Shown one piece after another: positions 37,126-50,274 of a DNA stretch of 64,000 bases (position 1 is its first letter; each line of letters opens with the position of its first letter). The notes beneath the pieces are model-generated. The model did not search any database, was not told the DNA's origin, and was given only the letters and a program-made list of their open reading frames with translations. Origin of the DNA: Leucoraja erinacea (taxonomy: Eukaryota); the NCBI RefSeq assembly GCF_028641065.1, contig NC_073406.1, positions 124,001-188,000 of the forward strand. The letters run 5' to 3'. Both the position numbers and the translations under genes were made by a program.

Positions 37126-38594
37126 GTAAGGAGTCGCCACCCACCAGCCGCGTTGAGCAAACATGTTGTCACTGGTAGCGAGCGGCTTGTGCCCGCTGTA
37201 AGGCAGATCATAGATAGAACACGGGCAGGCCCTTCGGCCCACAATGCCCGTGCTGTACACTAATGTTTAGTGTTTTCTGAGTCATTTCGTAACTCACTGT
37301 ATGTCATGTTGTTACTTGTGGGCGGAGCACCAAGGCAAATTCCTTGTATGTGAATACTTGGCCATTAAGCTTACTTACTTAAACCTACTATCGTATCTAT
37401 GATCATACCTGCCTCCACCACCACCCCTGGCAGCGCGTTCCAGGCACTACCACCCTCTGTGTTTAAAAAAACTTATTTGAACTTTCTACGTTCCCCTAAA
37501 GGCTATTTGGTTTGGGTTAGTTTATTTTCACATGCACAGTAAAAAGGTTTTTTGGTTGCGGGCTAACCAGTCAGCAGAAAGACTACACACAATTACAATC
37601 GAGCAGTCCATGGTGTACAGATACAGGATAAAGGGAATAACGTTTAGTGCAAGGTAAAGTCCGATTAAAGATAGTCCGAGAGTCTCCAATGAGGTGAATG
37701 GTGGCTCAAGCCTGCTCTCTGGTTGTGGTGGGATGGTTCAGATGCCTGATAACAGCTGGGAAGAAACTGGAGTGCTCCTTCTGCATTGTGTTATGTGAAA
37801 TGTATAAAGAGAATTCCAGGAATGTGTATATTGATTCCCTCTGACAAATGTCCTGTGGACTATTGGCCAGCACGACACCAAACTATCTGCCACCTCAGCC
37901 TGCCCCCCTATCACACTAACTTTTCCTTGTTTGGACAGCAGGAAAGACTAATATTTAGACAGGACACAATACAAACATTCCCAGTTTGACACAGGACAGG
38001 GCTAACATTTCAATTTAAACAAAGCCGGAAAACATAATAAATAAAATAGGAGCAAGCCATTCAGGCCGTTGTGTTGCCCATGTAATGTTGTGTCACCAAG
38101 CGGGGCACCATTTGCTTGCACTGATCTCATGTTCCTTGCTCCACACCCTATGGGTGGAAAACCCCAGCGATTCATGACTACTCACCTGGGGTCAAATACC
38201 AGCCCTCAGTTTGAGACTGTGGCCTCGGGTTCTGGACATGCTGGACAGGCAGCTGACCCTTCATCCCAACGCCAGCCACCCCATTGGGGCCGAGAACACA
38301 CACTCTTCAATCTGATGTTTCTCCTTCTTCCAAACTAGAGATGACGAGTCCAGTCTGGTTATTCTCTCTGTCTGGTACAAAACAAGACTGCTGTTATTCA
38401 GAACTATTTCCAGCAGACTGTATAGAGCTATGGTGATGGCTGCACATTGTACCGTCTCGGTAGGGTCAGTGCTTAGAGTGCGGCCAAGTTTGACCAAGGC
38501 AGAGCGTAACATCCATCTGCTGTTGTTGATGTTCCACATGTCTTGTCCAGTGGAGTTGGCGAAGACTCATGCTGTCTCCTCATTTGGTTTACAG

Positions 38595-38710
38595 TGGCCC
38601 TGGTGGAAAGCAGTTCCAAACCCTCAGGCCTACAACTGGTCAATACCCACCAGGCCATTCGGCTCGGAGACCCACTCGACCTTGTAGCTCTGGCACAACA
38701 AATCCAAAAG
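38595..38710 (+). CDS. C1orf50: C1orf50 ortholog exon 2
   Basis: acag|(V)[38 protein letters not shown]|gtagg. [10 protein letters not shown] motif recognised from human C1orf50. Confidence 0.94.
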
Positions 38711-39189
38711 GTAGGATTGACTCTGATAGACACAACTCCTCTCCCATCCAGGCCAGTCTACTGCTGGGGCTCAGCTTACACAGATACTGTGTGGTGGAGT
38801 GAGTATGGGTTGGCATCAGTGAGGAGGTGCAGACAGCTGGTGGTGGGGGATGTGGAACGATGCACAAGGCTGGTCTTGTGAGGTGAAGCAGACAGCTGGT
38901 GGTGGGGGATGTGGAGGCTAGTTCACGCTGAAGTGAAGCACAGCGTTGTTGTTGTGTGGTGCAGAGACGCAGACAGCTGGCTTGTTCAGGCTAGTTTTAA
39001 GTGTGAATACAAGCACATCTTCAGGAAGAGAAGTCCTAGTTAGCAACACATGCCTGAGAACAACACACTGACCAACTGAATGGCCATGAAAATACACACG
39101 CCATCCTGGCCATTGGATCTGGTCGAATGTATCTGTCTGGCTGGGCAGATACTGAACTGATATGCCAGGGTGGAGGAAGCTGATGTAAT

Positions 39190-40105
39190 AGTGGTGGGTG
39201 CCAGTGTGGTGGGTGCCAGTGTGGTGGGTGCCAGGGCGGTGGGTGCCAGGGTGGTGGGTGCCAGTGTGGTGCCAGTGTGGGTGCGAGGGCGGTGGGGGCC
39301 AGGGGGGGGGGTGGCAGGGTGGTGGGTGGCAGGGCGGTGGGGGCCAGTGGTGGTGGGTGCCAGTGGTGGGTGCCAGGGCGGTGGGGGTGCCAGTGTGGTG
39401 GGTGCCAGTGTGGTGGGTGCCAGAGCGGTGGGTGCCAGAGCGGCGGGTGCCAGTGGTGGGTGCCAGGGCGGTGGGTGCCAGGGGCGGTGGGTGCCAGTGT
39501 GGTGGGTGCCAGTGTGGTGGGTGCCAGTGTGGTGGGTGCCAGGGTGGTGGGTGCCAGTGTGGTGGGTGCCAGTGGTGGGTGCCAGTGTGGTGGGTGCCAG
39601 TGGTGGGTGCCAGGGTGGTGGGTGCCAGTGGTGGGTGACCAGAGCGGTGGGTGCCAGTGTGATGGGTGCCAGTGGTGGGTGCCAGTGGTGGGTGCCAGGG
39701 CGGTGGGTGCCAGTGTGTGGTGGGTGCCAGTGGTGGGTGCCAGTGTGGGTGCCAGGGTGGTGGGTGCCAGTGTGGTGGGTGCCAGGGTGGTGGGTGCCAG
39801 GGCGGTGGGTGCCAGTGTGGTGGGTGCCAGGGCGGTGGGTGCCAGTGTGGGTGCCAGTGCGGGTGGGTGCCAGTGCGGTGGGTGCCAGGGCGGTGGGTGC
39901 CAGTGGTGGGTGCCAGTGTGGTGGTGTGCCAGTGGGGGTGCCAGTGTGGTGGGTGCCAGTGCGGTGGGTGCCAGGGCGGTGGGTGCCAGTGGTGGGTGCC
40001 AGTGTGGTGGGTGCCAGGGTGGTGGGTGCCAGTGTGGTGGGCGCCAGGGCGGTGGGTGCCAGTGGTGGGTGACAAAGGTGGGTGCCAGTGTGATGGGTGC
40101 CAGGG
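39190..40105. repeat. G-rich minisatellite, 13-15-bp unit, in C1orf50 intron 2
   Basis: (gtggtgggtgccagt)n, roughly 60 units. Confidence 0.97.
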
Positions 40106-40420
40106 CCAGAGGAGGGTGATACAATAGTGGTGGTTCAGAGGTTTTTAGACGGGCACGTGGACAAACAGGAAATGATGGGGTATGGATCACGTTAAGGCAG
40201 AGATTAGTTTATCTTGGCATTATGTTTGGCACAGACATTGTGGCCCGAATGGCCTGTTTCTATAATCTATGATATGGTATTGAAGGCTAGTTATCCCTAA
40301 TTACCCCCTGGTGTGTGGGTGAGGGGGTAGAATCTGGGTGAGCTGGTGGGAATGTGGAGCAATAGCAACATGGAATCATTGTGGTCGATATTTGGCGGCT
40401 ATACGGACAGGCAGCATTAA

Positions 40421-40597
<177 letters not shown>

Positions 40598-41048
40598 TGA
40601 TTCAATACCTCCCCCTCTGTGTCCCCATCACTCCGGACCCACTCGTTCCCGCACTAGCTTTCTAACTCAAAGCCCAGCGAACAAGATTGAGCTGTGTACA
40701 TAAGGGGCATTCTGTGTAACAAATTGCTACCTTCAATATGTTTATAGGTTAGTTTGTCTCGTGGTGTTGTGTATTCAAAAGTGAGAGGAGCAGAATTGGG
40801 CCATTCGGCCCATCAAGTCTACTCCGCCATTCAATCATGGTTGATCTATCATTCCCACAACCCCATTCTCCTGCCTTCTCCCCATAACCCCTGACATCCA
40901 TACTAATCATTTTTAACCCTACTAATTTATCTGGCTTACTTTGAGGGGTGGAATTTAGATCTTTGGGGCTAAATATGATTTTGAATTTCAAAGACTGAAT
41001 CTGCCTGCTTTCAATGTAAGCTCTGCATGCGCGGGGCTAGGAGTCACC

Positions 41049-41484
41049 ATACAGGTGACCCAGGTGGGCCAGTGACAGTACAGGTGGGCCAGTGACGATA
41101 CAGGTGACCCAGTGACGGTACAGGTGACCCAGTGACAGTACAGGTGACCCAGTGACGGTACAGGTGACCCAGTGACGGTACAGGTGACCCAGTGACGGTA
41201 CAGGTGACCCAGTGACGGTACAGGTGACCCAGTGATGGTACAGGTGGGCCAGTGACAGTACAGGTGGGCCAGTGACAGTACAGGTGGGCCAGTGACGGTA
41301 CAGGTGGGCCAGTGACAGTACAGGTGGGCCAGTGACAGTACAGGCGGGCCAGTGACTGTACAAGTGGGCCAGTGACAGTACAGGTGGGCCAGTGACTGTA
41401 CAAGTGGGCCAGTGACTGTACAGGTGACCCAGTGACGGTACAGGTGGTACAGGTGGGCCAGTGACAGTACAGGTGGGCCAGTGG
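41049..41484. repeat. Minisatellite, 20-bp unit, about 21 copies
   Basis: (acaggtgacccagtgacggt / acaggtgggccagtgacagt)n. Confidence 0.97.
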
Positions 41485-43184
41485 CACGTGTGGCAGGTGG
41501 AACTCCTGCCTCACAACTCCAATCTTGGCCTCTGCTTCAATTTCTGTGGCGTTTGCACGTTATTGCTGTGACCATGTAGGGCTTCTCTGGGTATTCCAGT
41601 TTCCTCCATCATCAAAATGATATGTCACCATCAATTGCCCCTAATGTGTCGATGGATCATAGAATCTAGGGGTGGAAGTTCATGGGAATGTGGAAAGAAT
41701 AGGTTGCATGGAAAAACTAGTGGAGGATGGATTGCTTTGTGAGCCGACATAACCTCTCTGTATATCATAAGTATATAATATTTGGAGTCGTACAACACCA
41801 AAATAGGCTCTTCGGCCCGCCAGTTCCATGCTATCACTTGTACCGATCAACTCTAATCCCCCCCACCCCACCACCACCACCACCATGGCATTCCACGCCT
41901 TGCTGATTCAAGTACTTGTCTGAATGGTTCACATCAGCTGTGAGTGTGCCTGGTCCCGTCACCTCCTCAGGTAGCAGGGTCCTGATTCAACTACCCTCTC
42001 CTTGAAAGAAATCTCCATCAGATCCCTTCTAAACCTCCAACCTGTGTCCCTCGTCTTAGATATCCTCACCTTAGGACGTATTTCCCCCTCATCATTTCAC
42101 AACCCGTCAGACCAGATTTCTCACCTCGTTGTCAAAGGCATTGTTACTGTTTCTGCTGCTTCTCCACCAGTGAAGACAACACCAAGTTCCTGGCCTCTGA
42201 AATTCATTCTCTTCACCTCTATTATATCCATGTGGAGATTGTGTCATAAGGAACTGCAGATATTGGAATCTTGAGCAAAACACAAAGTGCTGGAGTAACT
42301 CAACAGGTCAGGCAGCATCTGCCTGCACTCCAGCACTTCATGTTTTCTTCTTTAATTGAGCATTTGATCTCCTCCCTGGTTACAAAAAAATGTCTAAATG
42401 ACAGTTGTCTAATTGTCTCCAGAGGACATCTAAAAGACCCAGTTCAAACATGTATGGTGACTTACCTCATGCCCTGACCACATGACAGGAAATGCATACT
42501 GAGATTATTCTGCACTAGATTCGAACCAGTCAGAATGTCAGAGTGGCTCCAAATTAATTCCTAAATCTGAAGTGAAAATGCCAAATGGCCCAAACCTCCG
42601 GTGATGTTAAATGTCTAGTACCTTTGCTGCAGTGTTCACCAGCGACACAATGTACAACAGTGACACACTAAAGATTTTTGGTAGGACCATCACACAAGGA
42701 CTGCTCCAGAGGAAGGAAGTGACTAATGACAATGGATAGCCAATAACTGGCAGTCTTCAAACTATGAACCAAACATTGTGGTACAGCTGCTGCCTCACAG
42801 AGCCAGAGACCAGAGTTCAATCCTGACCACGGGTGCTGTCTGTGTGGAGTTTGCACATCCTCTCATTAGCTTTAGCTTCCTTCCACATCCCAAAGATGTG
42901 CGGATTTGTGGGTAAAATTGCCTTTGGACTCATTGGTCCGAACGACCTATTTCCATACTGTATCTCTAAAACTAAACGAAAAAGTAAATGAATATAAAAC
43001 TACACTGTTTAAGGCATCCTCCACACAACTTGCTCAAGCCCTGCCTCAGTAGATTAGGAGAGATTTTGCAGCTCTAATAAATCACAAGTCCATGCGTACG
43101 AGCAGCGTGCCACAACAACTTGTTAAACTGCTGAATTCATCAAGGCTGAAGGGGATACAGATAAAAACTAAAACTCTTAAAGTC

Positions 43185-44080
43185 ATAGAAACATAGACAA
43201 TAGGTGCAGGAGTAGGCCATTCGGCCCTTCGAGCCTGCACCGCCATTCGATATGATCATGGCTGATCATCCAACTCAGTATCCCATCCCTGCCTTCTCTC
43301 CATACCCCCTGATCCCTTTAGCCACAAGGGCCACATCTAACTCCCTCTTAAATATAGCCAATGAACTGGCCTCAACTACCTTCTGTGGCAGAGAATTCCA
43401 CAGATTCACCACTCTCTGTGTAAAAAATGATTTTCTCATCTCGGTCCTAAAAGACTTCCCTCTTATCCTTAAACTGTGACCCCTAGTTCTGGACTTCCCC
43501 AACATCGGGAACAATCTTCCTGCATCTAGCCTGTCCAACCCCTTAAGAATTTTGTAAGTTTCTATAAGATCCCCCCTCAATCTTCTGAATTCCAGCGTGT
43601 ACAAGCCGAGTCTATCCAGTCTTTCTTCATATGAAAGTCCTGCCATCCCATGAATCAGTCTGGTAAACCTTCTCTGTACTCCCTCTATGGCAACAATGTC
43701 TTTCCTCAGATTAGGAGACCAAAACTGTACGCAATACTCCAGGTGTGGTCTCACCAAGACCCTGTACAACTGCAGTAGAACCTCCCTGCTCTTATACTCA
43801 AATCCTTTTGCTATGAATGCTAACATACCATTTGCTTTCTTCACTGCCTGCTGCACCTGCATTCCTACTTTCAATGACTGGTGTACCATGACACCCAGGT
43901 CTCGTTGCATCTCCTCTTTTCCTAATCGGCCACCATTCAGATAATAGTCTACTTTCCTGTTTTTGCCACCAAAGTGGATAACCTCACATTTATCCACATT
44001 ATACTGCATCTGCCATGCATTTTCCCACTCACCCAGCCTATCCAAGTCACCTTGCAGCCTCCTAGCATCCCCCTCACAGC
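43185..44080 (-). mobile_element. CR1-type LINE 3' portion with intact ORF2 C-terminus
   Basis: LQGDLDRLGEW..QMQYNVDKCEVIH..YRVLVRPHLEYCVQFWSP..RLRGDLIETYKI..FFTQRVVNLWNSLP, followed by the conserved 3' tail ending in tctatgtttctatg. Confidence 0.92.
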
Positions 44081-44310
44081 TAAGTCCTAACTTGCAAGCA
44101 TTTTTACTCAATTTCGTCAAATTTATAAAAATTCTATTCAATTAACATTAAAGTAGAAAATAAATTGTCCTTTAAAATCCCAACCTCATTATTTTCTTAC
44201 AGTCAAGGCACAAAACAGGCTCTTGGCCCACATTGTTCATATTTGTGCTGTATCCTCTCCAGGTACACACTGTACCCTCTTGTCATACACCCTGTACCAT
44301 CTCCTCGTGA

Positions 44311-44499
<189 letters not shown>

Positions 44500-44525
44500 T
44501 GAGAGGCAGCTGTGATTAATTACAT

Positions 44526-44738
44526 TGAAGGTAGACACAAAATGCAAGAGTAATTCAGCGGGACAGGCAGCATCTCTGGATAATCTCAACCCTAACCTGA
44601 AACTTTCCGTCTGAAGGGTCTCCACCTGAAACATCACCCATCCCTTCTGTCCAGAGATGCTGCCAGTCCCGCTGAGTTATTTCAGCATTTTGTGTCTACC
44701 TTCAATGTAAACCAGCACCTGCAGTTCTTTCCTACACA
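44526..44738. mobile_element. Inverted pair of the Penelope-derived short repeat
   Basis: gaaggtagacacaaaatgc...cagcattttgtgtctaccttc arms, with a degenerate ctgaagggtctccacctgaaacatcacc core. Confidence 0.75.
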
Positions 44739-45373
44739 TTCCACTGTGGGGTGTTTGGTTGGGGGGGGGGGGGGGGGGGGGGGGGTGAACAGAGGCTCAT
44801 AAACCATGATGATTCTGCCTCAGGTTTAGTTCTGGCCGTGGTCCAGTTCTGCCCGTGATCTAGTTCTGTCCGTTGTCCAGTCCAGTTCTGGCCGTGGTCC
44901 AGTCCTGCCCGTTGTCCAGTCTAGTTCTGGCCGTGGTCTGGCCAGTACTCTGGCCTCTGCATTAGATCCCATTTCAGACCCAACAGCAATAATTCTGCCC
45001 ATCACTTCAGAGCTGGGCATGGGGAGTGGATGAATGTTGCAGGCATGCCCTTTAGTTATAAAACCGCTGACCTGCCTGTGCTTTCTGCGTTGTGTTAAAC
45101 ACTGCGTGGTACAGCATGAAGCAGCAGGTTCTACTTCCTTTTGTTCTGGACAACATTTACATCTCGGCCAACATTGCCACATCTGATTATTTCATATCTC
45201 ATTACAGTTTCTGGGAAATTGCTGCATGCAAATTGTCTGTGTGTTCCCCATGATAATTATACCAAAACTATTTCATTGGCCCCATGGTAATTATACCAGA
45301 GGTATCTTATTGTCCAGGAGACAGCTTAGGATGTTCCGAGGCACGGAGGTTCTTTGATGTACATTGTTTTTAA

Positions 45374-45619
<246 letters not shown>

Positions 45620-47054
45620 TAATAAATGGTGAAATACTGTGCCTGCTGATATGTTCAGAGCCATTTTCAAATCTTGTTTTTCATGTACCCTTGCCTTTCT
45701 TGGTTCTAGATTTAATTTACACTAAACTATAGCCAGGGTGTGACATGGTCAAATGGCCACATGATAGAAACACTTACAGCATCATTCAGTTACCATAACA
45801 GCAAACCTCAGGCCAAAAATGAATATTACAGCACTCAAATGTATTCTCTCATTGGACAGTATCAGGCCATTCAAGTCTGTTCCATTGTTACAAACTTGTA
45901 ACTCTACTCACCAGTGTCTACTTCACATCTTTTAACATCTTTGATGAACAAAACTTAATTTGATCTCAATCTTGATAGGAATGTAATATTTCTACGGAAG
46001 GAACATCTCTCCAGCTTAAATTCTGCAAAGAACTTGACACTTGTAGGGCAGGCGTATTTTAAAGCAGTGCTCTCCCATTTTCTTTTAACGCAGAACCCAG
46101 CACCATTCCCGATGTGTACCATGGCCACACTGGGCAGATTTCACACGCACTTTGCTTTACAGAAATCCTGTGACAACAAGAATAAACCTCGAATTAAAAA
46201 CTGGAAGTGAAATTTTGTCATTATTGAAAGTGAGGTAACAAGGACCGAAGAGTTGTGAAGCCGCTCACGTGTGGAGGTTGTCTGAAGGGTGGCAGTGTTT
46301 GGGCTGGTCTTGGTTGGTATTGGCACAGAATCTGCCTCCAATTTACCAGCATAGAGGCAATGTAGAGTGGTCTGGGCGAGTTTACCCAAGGTTGTGGCTG
46401 AGAGCAGATCTGCATACAGGTCATTCTTCAGCAATACTGGGTGTAATTGGATGCTTGAAACACCAAGTTACACCTCCCACCTGTACAGCCCCCACCCCTC
46501 CCGGTACAAACCCCCACACACAGTCCCCCTCCCCGTATCAGTTTACAAGCAATATCAACATCCTGTAATTGAAACACTAAAGATGTATTCACTCATTATT
46601 GCCTCAGCAGCTTGCTTTCTGCCTGTTAGCAACATCATTTGGGTGTGTAGTTACTGTCACTTGTTGCCGTGTTTCTAACCTGGTGGATCATGCTTCATAT
46701 TCTGCCCACTCTGAAGATGCTGATATCTGCCCAGGTCTTGATGTGCATGGAAACTTTTCAGAAATGATGATAATTTGGGAGGTGTTAATTCTTGGATAGA
46801 TCACTCATCTCTTCAATAGCTGGCGAATCCTGTTTATGACTGCACCACAGCAAGTTCAAGGCCTCAAGGCCAACAGCAAAGATGTTGAAACACAAAACTG
46901 CAAATGCTGGTTTACACCAAGTGCTGAAGTAACTCAGTGGGTCAGGCAACATCTCTTTGGGTCGAGATTGTTATTCAGACTGATTGTGGGGGTAGGGAAA
47001 GACTACCTTCAGATGTCTGTCACAAGGTCTTTAATAACCGTCGACAGGTAAAGT

Positions 47055-47186
47055 CAGTCTGAAGAAAGGTCTCAACCCGAAAAGTCGAGCATTCCTTCTC
47101 TCCAGAGATGCTGCCTGTCCCACTGAGTTACTCCAGCATTTTGTATCTACCTTCGATTTAAACAGGCATCTGCAGTTCTTTCCTAC
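47055..47186 (+). mobile_element. Penelope-derived short repeat starting at the hammerhead motif, about 11-bp TSD
   Basis: Begins cagtCTGAAGAaaggtctcaacccGAAAagtc. Flanks are acaggtaaagt (47044-47054) and acgggtaaagt (47187-47197). Confidence 0.75.
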
Positions 47187-48259
47187 ACGGGTAAAGTTTA
47201 GTAATGTGCCCCATTATTGCAACACGAGGTTGGAGCCATTAAAAGAGAAAATGGCCACAACAGGTACTTTGTACTCTTATTGGTCATCTCCATTCAATCC
47301 TCCCCTTAAAGATTCAATATTGATGCCTGGCAAGGTTGCGTTGTCAGCCCCTTACTATACTCCTTATACACTCATGACTGTGCAGTCAAATACCAATCCA
47401 ACACAATGTATAGGTTTGCAGATGACACCACCGGAGTACAGGAAGGTGATTGAAAACCTTGTAACCAGGTGCCAAGACACCAATCTGCCCCGCAATGTCA
47501 GAAACACAAGGTATATTGTGATTGCTTCAGGAAGCAATACAATATGTACATACTGGCACCAAACTAGAGATGGGCAAAGGTTCCTGGGAATAAATATCAG
47601 CAGCAATTTGTGGTGGACCAGCCTCATCAAGCTATGACCAAGGAAGCACACGTAAATCACAGGGCTCTGTGCAGTCCACCCACTCCAACAAGCAGCTCCT
47701 GCCTGCCTCCCTCCCCCGTGACACTCAGCACAACCCAGGGCCTCAATGGAACTGGAGTGGAGACACGTCATCTTTGACCTCCAGAAGTTGCCTGAGAATA
47801 TTAGTTGTAACAAAAAGGTACTTTCTGTGCATTGAGTCATCCCAAGTTGAAAAGTTGTTACATAAATGTAAGATTTATTTTCCTTAAAGCGCTAAACCCG
47901 ACACTACATCTGCAAACTTTACTCAACACAAGCTGCTGACAAATGTGTGCAGTATGGGTAATCAGTAAACAATGCGCTCCATTCAATATCCTTCAGCGTT
48001 ACTGTTAGCCTGAAACACAAAAAGGAGTAGCTGTGTATATAATGTGGCTACAAGTCAGACATTAGGAATCCTCATCTAACATGCCATGGTCTGTCCACCA
48101 TCGGCAAAGCTCAAGTCAGGGGTGTGAAGGACTACTCCCCACTTGCCTAGATGCCTCAATACTCAAAAAGCTTGACACTGTAGAGGACAGTGCAGCCATT
48201 TGATAGGCACTCATCCACAACCAACGTTGGATAGGCACACGTGTACAACCAGCATCTCT

Positions 48260-48965
48260 CTCCATCTGCACCATCTTCTGGTCACCTGTCCACAACTGGT
48301 CCGTCTATCTACAGGCCACCTGTCCACAGCTGGTCCCTCCATCTGCTGGTCACCTGTCCACAGCTGGTCCGTCTATCTACAGGCCACCTGTCCACAGCTG
48401 GTCCGCCTATCTACACCATCTGCTGGTCACCTGTCCACAGCTGGTCCCTCCATCTACACCATCTGCTAGGCACTCATCCACAACTGGTCCCTCCATCTAA
48501 AGGCCACCTGTCCACAGCTGGTCCCTCCATCTACACCATCTCCTGGTCACCTGTCCACAGCTGGTCCCTCCATCTACACCATCTGCTGGTCACCTGTCCA
48601 CAACTGGTCCGTCTATCTACAGGCCACCTGTCCACAACTGGTCCCTCCATCTACACCATCTGCTAGGCACTCATCCACAACTGGTCCGTCTATCTACAAG
48701 CCACCTGTCCACAGCTGGTCCGTCTATCTACAGGCCACCTGTCCACAACTGGTCCCTCCATCTACACCATCTGCTGGTCACCTGTCCACAGCTGGTCCCT
48801 CCATCTACACCATCTGCTGGTCACCTGTCCACAGCTGGTCCCTCCATCTACACCATCTGCTGGTCACCTGTCCACAGCTGGTCCGTCTATCTACAGGCCA
48901 CCTGTCCACAACTGGTCCCTCCATCTACACCATCTGCTAGGCACTCATCCACAACTGGTCCCTCT
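48260..48965. repeat. Complex minisatellite (33-42-bp variants) inside an old LINE fragment
   Basis: (ggtcacctgtccacagctggtccctccatctacaccatctgct)n interleaved with shorter variants. Confidence 0.95.
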
Positions 48966-49723
48966 CCCCATCACCACTGTTGGGCACCTGGTCCAATACC
49001 AGTTCTTCTCTCCATCACCAACCCACAGTGGCAGCTGGTTGTCCAATCTCCAGGTTGTCCTGCAGTCACTCATCAAGTGTCACGGACAGAACTTTCCCAG
49101 CCAAGGACGTCAACCAGGGAGAAGGACAAGGGCAGCATCACAACTGGGTTGTGTCCTCCACTCACACACCACTCTACACTTGAACATGTCTTGCCGTTCC
49201 TTCATGACTGGCTGATCCTAGAACCTCCTTACACCAGCATTGTGGACATACCATCCCTCAAGGACAGCACCATCACCTTCCAAACAGCAAGTAAATGCTG
49301 ACTCAGTCTGCCAAGCTCACATCCTTGGAATTTCAGTCACAGTCAAACCGGCTACAGATCTTATCACTAATAATGCAGGTTACCAGTTAGGCTTCTTCAG
49401 GAGAGGCACAATTCCAGTTTATGTCACTTTTTCCCCCACAATGTGAATTCCAGCTTTATGCATGTTTCACAGCAGTATCAGAACCTGCTGATCTGCCTTT
49501 ACATCCATTCAGAAGTCAATAAAGCAATGGGTTAAAATGTCAAAGGAAATCCAACAGGGTTTGTGGATCATGTGGGAGAGACTAGGTTACTCAGAACAAA
49601 GTGGGGAAATGGGCCTGATGGAATACTTCACGAGCTAGCGATGGGCCAAATGGCCTGTCTGTCATAAGCAAATATCAAATACAAGCCAACATCAGGAAAA
49701 TATTGAACCACGTATAAAAATAA

Positions 49724-49729
49724 TTTATT
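49724..49729 (-). promoter_or_regulatory. Candidate AP5B1 polyadenylation signal
   Basis: AATAAA on the minus strand about 550 nt after the AP5B1 stop codon. Confidence 0.5.
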
Positions 49730-50274
49730 TTTGTTCCTTTAAATGCAATATGGAATCAAGCGAGCCAAGAAGCCACATACACCGATCAGTATTAATTGCC
49801 AACACACAATGAACTTCAGCTAATTATCTTTCAGTCCTTTTCTGAAAGTGATTTCTTCATTTCATTGTAGTTAATTTCCATGGGAATTACTACCAAGACC
49901 ACTCCTGTCACCACCCGACAACTCAAACCTCCAGGGACAGTGAAGTAAAACCATGAACAGTTAGGCACTGCAACATGAGGGGCATCTGTACAGTGTGTCT
50001 AGCCTTACTAGAGTTGGGATTGACAAACACACAAGGATTAGAAATAGAAATATTCCTGGTCTGAATAATAATATTGCCAGCAATATTTTGATAGGCTATC
50101 TTTAGTGATAGACTTTAAACATTTTCCTTTGTAATAAGCAAAATAGAATTGAAGATATGTTGAATCTTGTTTGAAAGTATCTCCCAGACAAGATAGCTTG
50201 CAGAGAACAAAAATCGTCACCCGTGCTGCACTATTCTGGAGGTCAGGTAAGCCTTTCTGCAGCAAGCCTGGCTG

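Noticed and set aside
38918-40190. Long His/Pro/Trp-rich and Gly/Val-rich ORFs in all six frames
   Set aside because: They result from a stop-free 13-15-bp minisatellite inside C1orf50 intron 2.
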